DNA of 63,123 bases, filler included, from Reticulomyxa filosa (Eukaryota; Protista; Foraminifera): the NCBI GenBank assembly GCA_000512085.1. It is 19 parts of 19 records of this genome, joined end to end, with 100 filler letters (N's around TTAATTAATTAA, not from the genome) between each part and the next. Parts side by side here need not be neighbours in the genome. Positions count along the whole stretch, not along the records: positions 51,716 to 53,556 come from ASPP01026370.1; positions 53,657 to 57,423 come from ASPP01026696.1; positions 57,524 to 61,955 come from ASPP01026819.1; positions 62,056 to 63,123 come from ASPP01001219.1; 15 more parts are not named here. The stretch is one strand, 5' to 3'. Positions 51,716 to 63,123 of the stretch are shown piece after piece. Under the pieces are notes generated by a model. That model searched no databases. It was not told the origin of the DNA and was given only the letters and a program-made list of their open reading frames with translations. The position numbers were made by a program, and so were the translations under genes. Position 1 is the stretch's first letter; each line of letters starts with the position of its first letter.

Positions 51716-53556
51716 TCCATTATTTTTTTAGTTTTGTGACATGATGAATCTTCTCTGACCTGCCAGATCCAGCTTTTCTTTTTACGGTTCCATTACACCC
51801 CTTCATCGATATTAACTTTTGTTAAAAAAGTTGTATTTTGAAGGAGATAACGTTAAAGTAATTTATCTGTTGCAGTTTATTTGGGTAGGGGGTATCGTCG
51901 GTTCAGTAATAACTCTCCATCCAACTTTGAGGCACGCGCTTTTAAAAGGAAGAATCTTTTAGAGAATACGTGCAAACAAGAAAGTCGTTTGGCAAGGCTT
52001 GCCGGCCAAATAAAGGTATAGACAGCACCATCATTTTTTAGTGCAGACGTAATCGAGAGCTGCTATACTTAGAAACACAGGCTCATAAAAGAGTTTTTAA
52101 GACGATATATTGTCAGAAACATCAAATAAAAAGATGAGACACTCTGAATTGAATGTTATTCAATCTCAAAATAATGAATCAAAAGAACAACAAGAACGCA
52201 AAGAAGCAAAAAAAGGAGAAGAAATAAACGAAAAGAATATATGGAAGCAAAAAATATATATATATAGCACATTCATCATCATTTTCAACTTGCTGAAAAG
52301 TTGTTTTTGGGAGGGAATTGAAGTTAGACAAGCCAAGATACTCAAGCATCTATCAAGTTTTGAAGTTAATTTTGAAAATGGGTATTTGAGATTCTGAAAG
52401 ATATTTACTTAGGAATTTTCCTGAAGAAAGTTATTTTATTGGAAATTTTTTTGATAAATTAATTTGAATATTTATTTGAAACCCTTGAAGAGGGTCATTG
52501 GAAAATTGAAAGGACATTGAAAATTTGTTATTTGGGAAGAATTTTTGATTGGATTTTAATTGAATTTTGATATTTTTTCATTGGAATAATCATTTGAATA
52601 TTAATTGGAATTTTGTTATTTTTATTAAGTAATTTGAATATTTATAAGGCCATTTGGAGATCAAGGCACGATCAGTCTGGACGCAAAAAAAGCGATACAA
52701 AGTTTTTTTTTAGGAATAGTGACGTCCCCTTGCAAAATTTTTTGATCGAATATCAAGATTTTTGATAACAATGACATCACTTCCAAAAGAATCAAGAAGA
52801 AGTATGCAAACAACTGCGAAAGAAAATAATAGTTTAAAGGCTTATGGAAGAACAAAGCAGAGTGGTAAATCGACTGGCGATTCATTATTATCATTGCATA
52901 ATCAAATTAATGATAACATGCAGTCGCACAATCAAAGCGCAAGAACAGTCAATCGTTTGATTAATAATGATGAAATAATGATTGACAATGCAAACAAAAG
53001 AAGACCATCTGTCGAAATCAAACCGATTGATCGAAGGAATTTGAAAAGATCAAAGCCAGATGATGACAATATCGAAAACGAAAGGATACAATCAAACAAG
53101 AAACAAAAGACTCAAATTTTACAAAAAGAATTAATATCCGAAAAAAAGGAAGAATCAATTCCAGTGAAAGAAATTTTGAAGTTGGAGTACCTCGGATATT
53201 TAACTTTCCTATGTTCTTATAAAGGAATCCGACCAAGTTTATCTGTTTATATCTGTTATATACAACAATTATCAGACCATCACCGGAATATGCCTGTGCA
53301 TTCTGGAATGAAAGATTGGAAAGGATTCAAAGAGTCGCAATGTGCAGAATCCTTGGTGTTATGAAATCGACAGCGTATGACAACATGAAGAAGTGAAATT
53401 GTATCACAAGTGCATTCGATGGAACAGTAAATTTCCAGATCACAATCTGGCAATTGCGTATCAATTATGGCAAAATAATCCAGTTGGAGCGAATTCCGCG
53501 CTGTATTTCCTTCTCTTGGAATTGTGAGCTACTGTGTTCTTCAGGGAACTTGGAGG
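51716..53556 (+). mobile_element. Internally deleted non-LTR retrotransposon: 5' repeat region, ORF1-like ORF (52762-~53185) joined to an RT C-terminal fragment
   Basis: LGYLTFLCSYKGIRPSLSVY and the following ...CAFW-like text match the RT fragment at 62056-62415; the 5' part shares the dispersed repeat at 21190. Confidence 0.7.
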
Positions 53557-53726
53557 NNNNNNNNNNNNNNNNNNNNNNNNNNNNNNNNNNNNNNNNNNNN
53601 TTAATTAATTAANNNNNNNNNNNNNNNNNNNNNNNNNNNNNNNNNNNNNNNNNNNNTATATATATATATATAGACTTGCATTCACGTTTTTTTTTTTTTT
53701 TTTTTTACATTTTCAATTGAGTAAAC

Positions 53727-55369
53727 ATGTCGTTTGAATACTTTGATGTGGAACAGGAATTCAATTCTTTTCAGATTATATGGAAAGATAAATTTATGCA
53801 AACGTTCAGAGAACCATTAAATCCTTATTCCATGACCATGCGACAAGGGCTTGAAAATTTGGAGGACAAGTTACTACGAAAAGAACAAGTCTTTTTTGGT
53901 GTTGACGAAACTGCACAGTTTGAATGTATGTTTAATGATTGTCGTCCTCCCCTTTCATCCGATATGGATACAAATATATTGCTGCATGACATGTACAAAC
54001 ATCTCCCGAGTTATCCTCAAGTAGAAGTGCTTTGGAATCTCTTTTACAACACGATAGTGCAATACAAACACACGATTAATCCAGAAATAGAAAAAAGAGA
54101 GATTCAGAAGAATAGCAAGCTGACTAATATGAAATCAATATCTAATGAAAGAGCTGAATTCAATCCCTTATTGTTTGAATGTGATGTTCACAAAATCAAA
54201 ATAATCGAAGATCTGTTTTTTTCGAAATATTTCACAAATAAAAATAAAATGAAAGCATTGCTGCATGAAATAATAAAGAATGGGTATTTGTGTGATTTGA
54301 TATATGAACAAGAAATAACGAGCAAGAAAGCAAGGACAAAGATGCATGAAAAAATAAAAAAAGAGTCAAATTTAATAAGAATAATCCGGAAGAATTAATA
54401 CTAAACGAGAAAGTATTGATAATACTGGACGCAGTGAGACAAATATATCATTCAGATATTCACAAACAAATGGGCTATCCGCTTGATTTGGAACATATTT
54501 GTGCAATATGGTTATATTGTGGAAAATCATGTAATGTTGAATTCAGTAAAGATCAAATCAACTTCAAACATTCGAAATGGATTTGGCTGGATTGGTGTTT
54601 ACATAATGCTGTTCGAACATTATGTTTTCATGAAAGAAGAGAAGAGGCTGAAATGGAATTGTATTGTGGTTTAAAAGATGTGAGATTAGACAATGCAAAA
54701 AAAGAAATCAAAGGAGGAAATTTTATAAGTCATGTAAGTACATCAGCTGATATACACGTTGCAAGGATATATAGAAGTGATCAAGGATGTATTTTACATT
54801 TTCATCCTTCTATGAGAAGGGCTATCAATATATATAGCTGTGATGTATCTTGGATATCACCATTCGGCTCTGAGTATGAAATTTTATTTGCAAGATCTTT
54901 TGTCTTTGGTAGCGAAGCAGATCATATACAAAGAAAGGCATGGAATGCGGAAATAGAAGAGGAAAATGAACATACACAAACAATTTTATTAACATCAGCC
55001 GAATATAATCATTTTATTGAACGATCTATTCATGTTAGTGCAATATTGGATTATACTGTTGATCTAAATGTTATTTATGTTATTTTAAATTATGGACGGA
55101 TAGATGATAATGGAACCACTAATGTATTATTTGAATTTCAGGAGTGGAAACATCAAAAAGATAACTTAATTAAATATGAAGAAAAAAGAAAGCAATTTAT
55201 GGAAAGTCGTTGTTGTAATCATCATTTAAATTTGTTTTGTATTTTTCTTTCTGAAACAAACCTTTTTGGAATGAAAAAAACTGATATTCAACTTGCAATC
55301 ATGTTTACTGTTACTTTCGGATTGCCATTTGTTGAAAAAGATAAAAAAACTTGGCTTAAAAAAAGATAA
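53727..55369 (+). CDS. Protein with an R-S-E-type (arginine ART / toxin-like) ADP-ribosyltransferase-like domain; frameshift ~54350-54375
   Basis: ELYCGL...FISHVSTS.D..VA..Y...GCIL...DVSWISPF..EYEILF matches the ART R / STS / ExE spacing. One base joins the two ORFs (NFNKNNPEELILNEKVL). Confidence 0.72.
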
Positions 55370-55809
55370 TGCTTTTACAAGTTATCACTTGAGAATATTT
55401 TTGGAAATTTGAAACAATTTATTTACAAGAAATTGTCCAAAAAATTCTTTTAACCTCCTAATGCGTGAATGATATTTCTTTGTTTAAACTAAAATTTGTA
55501 TCGTAAGGGAAACACATCGCTATTTTTTTTAAAAAAGGCAATATATATCAAAAAACAAAAATCATGTGACAACAATCAAAAATCTCAATTCTTTTTTTTG
55601 TTTTTAACAATTTTAAATTCTTTATGATTAAATTGTGTGCTTCCTTTTAAAAAAAACTTAACGTCTTGCTTGTATGTTATCTTAGAAAGGAATATTGTAT
55701 GTATATTTGATGCTTTTTAAACAAGCAGTAATGGAGAAAATAGTATCAAATTGATGAAATCAAATGAAATTCATGATATATTAAATTTAGTGACAGATTT
55801 GCGAAATAT

Positions 55810-56166
55810 TTGATTACAGTATTGAAACCATTGGACGTAAAAGATAGAGAAAAATTCATAGAAAAAATTCAATTTGATTACAGTAATGATATTGATGCTT
55901 TTAAGAAAGAATTTGATTTGGAAGATTCATCATTTTGTGTGGTAATGAAGATAAAGATTTTTTTGAAGGCAATTCAAAACATCATAGATTTCACAACATT
56001 AAATTATATGTTCCAAAAGACGCTTATGAATGGAATAGAGAGAAAAATAGCAAAACGTTTTAAATCCCATTTAGCTATTGGAATTTTAAAGCAGCAGCTA
56101 TTTAATACAAACGAAAAAGAAATAGCTAGCAATGTATCATTGAAAATAGCAGAATTTGTTTATTGA
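55810..56166 (+). CDS. Uncharacterised ORF or gene fragment
   Basis: 118-codon protein-like ORF in AT-rich DNA; no motif. Confidence 0.25.
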   Translation: MITVLKPLDVKDREKFIEKIQFDYSNDIDAFKKEFDLEDSSFCVVMKIKIFLKAIQNIIDFTTLNYMFQKTLMNGIERKIAKRFKSHLAIGILKQQLFNTNEKEIASNVSLKIAEFVY

Positions 56167-56944
56167 CAACTTTGTACTTTTACCACGATACGCAAAAGAG
56201 AAAGAAAAAGAAATGACTACAAAAGAAAAAGTAAAAGTAAAAGAAGCTGTAGTAAAATGCAAAAGAAAGCTAACACATAAAATGGCACTTTATATAGATA
56301 ATCGATTTTCTTCATGAATAAACAACGTCCAGACATCATTTTTTTTGTCTTAAAAAAATATCTACATATAGTGTAGTTTTTAAATATTATTTTAGTTTTT
56401 ATTAAATCTTTACTAATTGTTTAAAAAATTTTAATATTTTATTTATTTTTGAAACTTTTTGAGAAAAAGTTGACAATCGTAAATGTATCGTAACCATGAA
56501 ATTTGCCAACTTTTTTTAGATGTCGATTGTATTTTGCGCTAATTTTTTTAAATGGCAAGATTTCGCAATATATGTGTTTAATATGTTCATATTTTGCAAC
56601 GCATGCATCAAGACATATATCTATATTTTGTCATATTGACATGCATAAAGCAATTTCTGTCCACATTCTAAAAAGTAACTACACTTTTCATAAAATCCAA
56701 ACATTTACAAAATGTAAGTCTCTTTTTTTCTTAGATGCCCACATTCGCACATAAATCACGCAATAAATAAGTTAGCATAGTCAATGTCTTGTCGAACAAC
56801 GTCTTCTTGGTTCCATTTATGTATCAACTTTTTCAAAGATTAGGGATTTTTATTTGATTAAACGAACTTTTTTGTGTATTTAAAATTGGTTCGAATTGGG
56901 AAACAATAAAACCGTTCGGATATAGAATGTTGCACCGGGAAAAC

Positions 56945-57390
56945 TTCAATTTTCAGAGAACACACCTGTCAAGTCTTAGCTGCAAGATTTTCACCAGATG
57001 GACATACTGTTATTTCATACTCAAAAGATGGAACAATTCGACTATGTGACGCAATACATGAACTAAAGTAAAGAAATTTGCAAGAGATGCCAAGGTATTG
57101 GACGTTGACCTTTTTCTTGATGGAAAGAATATTGTAACTGTTTTTAAAAACAAAACAACACGATTGCGAGATTTACAGTCAGGAACATAAATGAAACAAT
57201 TATCAGTACATTTAAAAGATTTATTGTGTACATAGTTTTCATCAGATTGTAAAAGATTGTATCACATTTGATAAAAGTATTAATTTGTGGAATGTAGAAT
57301 CTGGTGAAAGATTGAAACAGCTCAAGGATATTCTTGTCTTACAAGGCGCAAAATTTTCTCCAGATTGTAAATTTATTGTATTGTAGGGCA
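56945..57390 (+). pseudogene. WD40-repeat pseudogene fragment
   Basis: RFSPDGHTVISYSKDGTIRL and further broken WD repeats with stops and frameshifts. Confidence 0.8.
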
Positions 57391-57650
57391 AGCCCTTATT
57401 ACACATGGCTGAACGCTTATGGANNNNNNNNNNNNNNNNNNNNNNNNNNNNNNNNNNNNNNNNNNNNTTAATTAATTAANNNNNNNNNNNNNNNNNNNNN
57501 NNNNNNNNNNNNNNNNNNNNNNNGGGGGGGGGGGGAGGGAAAAAAAAAATACTTTTTTTTATTAAATTTTTTTTTTTTCGAAAATTCGATGACGTATACA
57601 ATTTTTCACTCTTTGCAAAAAAAAAAATAAAAATAAAAAAAAATAAATAC

Positions 57651-58537
57651 CGACGATCCAAGAGAACAGTTTTTGGAATAGGAACATTTTGTTCGGCCAA
57701 CAAGACGTAAGAAAGGAATTTGTTGCTTGCATAATTGACGGAAATGGGAGAGTTGACAACAGGCACGCCTAAGCTCTCCAAGTAGCGATAAAGTGCATAC
57801 TCTTGAAACTTGGAAGTGCTTCCAGTCCGAGCAATGACGAATCTCGGCAATTCCAAAATGTCTTTTTCCCATAGCCCGACTTGGGCGGTCTCTTTTGCAC
57901 CAGCGAAGGACGATGGGAGTTTAGATAAAGACGATTGCTGAATGTATTGTCTTCGCAATTGTTGTACATTGTGCGCATGTTTGCTTTGCTTCAGCATCGT
58001 CTTCTTCAGCCTTTCTTCACGGCTCATGTACTGGAAATTGTTACGCAAAAATATATCCAGGTCATGTACACTCAAGACGCGCACTGTAAACCCTTTCTTC
58101 TCTAATGACGTCTTCAATGATTTCAATGTGTGTCCGAGCACCAACTTTCCGGAATTTTTGCTGACATTTGTCATTATCCATACCTCGTTCTTTGAACTAT
58201 TTTCAATTGATACTGCTGCTTGTGGCGAAAGTGATAAATGAGGTGATACTGTCTCTGATCCATTTATTTCTTCTTTGGCTTCTATCTTCACTTCACTGCC
58301 TGGGTTTTGCACTTTTATACTTCCTTGTTGCTGTTGTTGCTGTTGTTGCTGCTGCTGTTGTCGCTGTTGTTGCTTCGCCAATGGCTGCTTCTTCTCATTT
58401 CGTTTTCCGTCTGCCACCGGACTTAAGGCCGCATTTGACCGTAATAACACTGTTGATGACCCTATTAAAGCTGTTGCAAATGAAGCTGTTGAAAAAAAGC
58501 GAGAAAAACGTCTAAAAGTTGGCCTGAAAGTGCGCAT
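57651..58537 (-). CDS. RimK-family ATP-grasp ligase, first exon, with mitochondrial-like presequence (3' partial)
   Basis: PRFVIARTGS...LYRYLESLGVPVVNS..SVNYASNKF..YVLLAEQNVPIPKT is the RimK/LysX pre-ATP-grasp region; R/F/S-rich N-terminus; donor GTATTT at 57650. Confidence 0.85.
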
Positions 58538-59619
58538 GGTGTTATTATTATATGTAGTTTTTTTTTTATGAAGAAAAAAAACCCACTTTCTCAGTTGTTC
58601 AAAAATCTTCTGTTTAAAAGAAAACTAGTTTAAAAAGGTCTGCCAAATTCAAATATGGTTAAGGAAAATTTATCAAATAAACAAATATAAGAAAGAACAG
58701 CGAAAAAATTCTCACAAAATGAAGCTAGATAACTTAATGTATTTAAAAAAGGCAAATATTAAATAAAAAATCATTGTAGCAAATTTGTAACTTTGAAATA
58801 ATAAAACAACTATATTGCTTTGAGTTCGTTATAATCAATAAATACATTCAAAGTCCAATAACACTTTTATTTGTTTTATGAATATATACAACATCAACGC
58901 AAAATCTTTTAGCATAACGTCACTTTGTACGTTGTTGTGATAGATCTTGCAAACAAATTGTAAATATACAATATTCAGTACATTGTCAAATGACATCTTA
59001 AAATATTTGGATTGAATTAGAAAAAAACACAAGTACGCGAAAAGGCGTGTAAAAAAAAATAACAATCACAAATACAATAGCATTAACAAAATAACTAAAA
59101 AAAAAACTAGATAACTATGATATTTTACCAGTAAAAAATCTCAAACATAATTTTGTAGTGTAATGCCCTACTAATTACAGTAGAAGCTTCATATGAACGA
59201 GGGAACCCTTTTTTTCCTCAACAGCGTTCAATGTCTTTCTTCTTTCACTTTTCTGTTTTCTTATTTCTTGTCAGTGAGTTATTTATCTTGATTATTAACT
59301 ACTTTTGTTTGCCTTTTGAGACTTTCAGTAAATACTTTCTTATTACACTTGGTGCTACCTCAATCTTCCAACAATTTCAAATACAATATGACCATATTTA
59401 CAGAACAAACAAAAAACTACGCATAATCGCACAAAATAAAATAAAATATTATGAATTTCTATTTGTAAAAATTAATGAAAGTCTCTACTGTTATTTGTTA
59501 TTTACTTTTTGTAGAGTATGCTGTATTTAAGTGTGATAATTTGACAATTCTTGATTGATTTTAAATTTTGTATGCTAACACAATTATGACAATCTGACAG
59601 AATTGTAATAAAATTTCAA

Positions 59620-59840
59620 CTTTTATTGTATTTGTCTCAATTCAATAGTAGAAAGTTGGTAATAACATCGACTTTGTCATAAGCAGTTGATTCATTACAA
59701 CAATAATTTGGCACATTCAAATATTATCTTATTAGTGTTTGCTGCACCATTCCAAAATGTAGGTGCATGTTCTATATTCGGACGAATAATGTTTTGTATA
59801 TTTATGTCAAATATCCAAGTTTCATATACACTTTGACATA
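59620..59840 (-). mobile_element. Decayed LINE RT C-terminal remnant
   Basis: Reads ...YKT..IRP.IEHAPTFWNGAA..., parallel to the YVCAFWNRA of the 62 kb fragment. Confidence 0.5.
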
Positions 59841-61004
59841 CACGTAATTAATATATTGTAAATCAATGAACAATTCAAGAACTTCACATGATTACATTTA
59901 TTCAGGTTTGATTGCTGCAATGTCAATTACATCATCGAGAATTTCATCTTATCTGATATATGAATGTTATGCAAAGCGTTTTATCATTTCTCCAAACACT
60001 ATCGCATGTTAGAGACAGTGCAGCAGTTGTTAAATGTATTATACTATATGAAAGTATTGATAACATCAATGCAGAACTTGTTATTGAATGTAATTATTTC
60101 AAAGTAATTTATTGATCTTTGAAATAACAATATGTTATAAATATTTATTACAATTATGTATAATAAGCTAAACAAAAAAGAAAATTTGAAATTGTACATT
60201 ATTTTAGTGCAAGTAACAATTATCAATCAAACAAGTAAAAATAGACAAAAGTCATATTTTAATGTTAAAAACAAGACGGTTTTACAAGAAATCAAACCAA
60301 AAGAAAAGATTCCAAGAAAAACAAGTAATCAAAAAAATCAAAAAGCAATACTAAATCAAAATTAAAACAAAATGTACAAACATCGCTATCATTTGAATGA
60401 AAAATCCAGAAAAAATTTCAAAGACCAAAAGAAAATAAACATTGAAAGATATAGTTCTCTTTCTTTGGGAAAAGAAATTGAATAACTTAATTTATTATTA
60501 TATACAATTCAAATATATTAAATCAGCTACATAAACTTGATTTTTTCAAAAGACAAAGTAAGCAAAAACAACAAATACTACAACATTATAAATTTTTGTT
60601 ATTATTCATTTATGTGAATTAATATTTTTGTTCTTTTTTTTTCATGTGCACTATGTCATTTTGGGTAATGTGGCTAACTCATTTTGCAAGCTTATCGCTG
60701 GTCTGCGCATTGTATCTTTTTAAAAAATTAACTAATTTCTTTTTCAAGCAATTGCAGCCGTATATACTGAATTGGGTTGATATGCAAGCAGTTTGATCTG
60801 ATTTTTGAGAGTGCATTTAAAAAATTAATTAAACGCCTTGTCTACTTATGCCTTTATTAATTTCTCACTTGATTTTTTTGTAAACACGATTTGATTATTA
60901 GTTCAAATTTTTTTTAACGGACGTCCTGCACTAGTTTTTTCCCTGTTTCTTAAAGTAGTTGAAAATAACTTACTAGTTTTATTTTTTGCTTTAAAAAAAA
61001 GTAA

Positions 61005-61866
61005 ATGAAATCATTATTTCGAAGTGTTGTGGCAAGACAATTTCGTTTGCACAAAACAACGTTCGGTTCTTGTCCAGTGGGACTCCAAAACCCCCACAAA
61101 AATCTAATGAGAACGAGGTACAAGCACAACTCCGCAGTGAACTGTTTGATATGGCCAATAAACAACAACTACTCGTTACCTTAAGCGCCAGTCTCCACCA
61201 AAACGTGTTACCTCAATTGACACCTTTCCCCACTCAAATAACTGCCGAGGCGGTTGCCAAAAAAGCAGGTATTGCCTCTATCAAATTTTTTTTACTGTTC
61301 CTTTCATCCGCTCAAAAAAAAAAAAAAAATTTAAAAAAACGAAGGATGTCAAACGGATCCAGTTTACCGAATTTTGCGATATTTGTCGGATCATGGCTAT
61401 TGCTACCAACATAAAAATGGTTCGTTTAGCCACACCGAGAAATCACAGCTTTTGTCGGAAACGAAAGTAAAGTACTCCCCGCTGGTGTTAGGCGGAGACG
61501 TATACACTCGAATTAAGTGTAACAGCAACGTGTGTGAAGTATTGAAGAGATCAACAGAAGAAAAAAGTGTGAATACGTATACAGTTGAGTTCAACGCGTC
61601 AGTGTTTGAGATAATGAAAGACCCCAAGAAATATGGGCTAGGAGAATATCAAAAAGAATACTTTGGAAACTATTTTGCATCATTCAACAGCGAAGAGTTG
61701 CTCAAGGCTATCTCAACAAGTTATGACTTTGGAAAACTCAAAAGCTTAGCTGATGTAGGCGGAAGCATGGGGTATATGTTAGCAAGCATTTTAAAAAATC
61801 ATCCGAGTATTAAAAAAGGCTACTTATTTGATCTGCCACACGTCATTGAAAGTGCCAAGAAACAAA
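61005..61866 (+). CDS. O-methyltransferase family 2 (SAM-dependent) with mitochondrial-like presequence (3' partial); frameshift ~61053; intron 61269-61344
   Basis: Dimerisation wHTH (ITAEAVAKKAGCQTDPVYRILRYL), YDF...SLADVGGSMG, GYLFDLPHVI. Confidence 0.88.
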
Positions 61867-61910
61867 GTTTTCTTTTATTTATACGTACTTTGCAAAATAC
61901 CAATAACACA

Positions 61911-61941
<31 letters not shown>

Positions 61942-62055
61942 CCCCCCCCCCCCCCNNNNNNNNNNNNNNNNNNNNNNNNNNNNNNNNNNNNNNNNNNNNT
62001 TAATTAATTAANNNNNNNNNNNNNNNNNNNNNNNNNNNNNNNNNNNNNNNNNNNN

Positions 62056-62560
62056 TGAAATGCTATTCACAGTATCATAAGCAGTACTATTCACTTCGAG
62101 TATGCTGCACATCGCTATTTGCTTTATTTTTTCGAATCGACGCTTGTGACATTCTACGGCTCTATTCCAGAATGCACAAACATATCCCATTGTTAATGGA
62201 ATGATTGTACGCTGCCAATCTGGGACGGATCCCTTATAGTAGCACAAGAATGACAGATACCCAAGTTTCCTGGCTGCTTTTCCGTATACGTAGTTGATAT
62301 GTTGTCGATATGTAAGTTTGGACTCAATGATTAGTCCTAAGTATTTGATATTGTCATCATCTTTTACTTTAGAGTGACCCTGAATCACTTGGGTTATATC
62401 GTTGATGTATAGCAAGAATAAAAGGGATGAGAGTGATGATCACTGTGGGACTCCAGTCTCGAAAACCTCTGAGTTGAGCTGACTCCGTTCAAGACTACTT
62501 GACTTACTCTTTCTTCAGGAAACTATCGAGCCAACAATATAACTTTCCATTGATGTTAAA
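62056..62560 (-). mobile_element. Degenerate non-LTR retrotransposon reverse-transcriptase fragment
   Basis: TGVPQ*SSLSSLLFLLYINDI, IKYLGLIIESKLTYRQHINYVYGKAARKLGYL; the YADD region is deleted and there is an internal stop. Confidence 0.88.
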
Positions 62561-63123
62561 TTATCTTTTTTTTTTAGCAAGAGATCTTATCCAAGTTAAA
62601 ATGAGTACCTCGTCCCAAAAGGAACACAGTACTCTAATGAAAACAAACAAAAAAGGAAAAGATCAACAAAACATATAGCTTTTGCATATACTGTGATCAC
62701 GACTGGTACAACATTGGCTCTTTTTCACATTTTAGGAAAATAACCAATCTTGAAATTCCAATCGAATAATAGCACGAGAGAATCAATGACATGATACCTC
62801 CATTCTTCAACTTCTGATTATGGTTGTTTGGTCCTTGCGCTTTGTTCATTGAGAAAAAAAAAAGAATTATAAATCTATATTATCACCATTAACGATCGTC
62901 GTGAAAAATCGTCAAGATTATCTCGAGATCACTTCAAGTAAACTTAGAACAAGTAGATATATCGATATATCTCAAAATCGTCGAAAAAGTCAAGTCGTTT
63001 CAAGCCAAAGTCTGAATTTTTTTTTTTTACTAGTAAAATTAATTTTTATAGTGATTAAAATTTTTTTTATAGTAGTTGCATTTTGTGATATTGTTAGTAT
63101 TGTGTGGTTTTTAACTTTTTTCA

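Noticed and set aside
10496-55369. PARP, ART, WD40 and LRR genes as a defence island
   Set aside because: They lie on different contigs joined artificially, so no linkage can be inferred.

Overview
This is AT-rich eukaryotic (protist) genomic DNA, not one locus. About 19 unrelated draft contigs are joined by 18 artificial N-TTAATTAATTAA-N linkers, so adjacency across a linker means nothing. The WD40 family with a conserved N-terminal motif, PT-repeat genes, Asn/Asp low-complexity tracts and decayed LINEs resemble the foraminiferan Reticulomyxa filosa; this is an inference. The standard genetic code fits. Many single-base frameshifts sit in homopolymers and look like pyrosequencing errors. Genes reconstructed by hand include a two-WW protein, ZIP transporter, LRR protein, PHD protein, DSP-like pseudophosphatase, WWE-PARP, Prp22/DHX8, WASHC4, C2 protein, tyrosine-kinase-like kinase, WD40 genes and pseudogenes, a USP9/24-like C-terminus, acetyl-CoA hydrolase/CoA-transferase, an R-S-E-type ADP-ribosyltransferase-like protein, RimK-like ligase and O-methyltransferase. 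The strongest unusual signal is the intron grammar. About 26 of 34 introns I could place start GTT and none start GTRAG. Many end in poly(A)-AG instead of a polypyrimidine tract, and several contain U-run/A-run fold-backs, suggesting structure-assisted splicing. Other highlights are a dual-specificity phosphatase fold with about 250 aa inserted in its catalytic loop, and a toxin-type ART domain with R changed to C.
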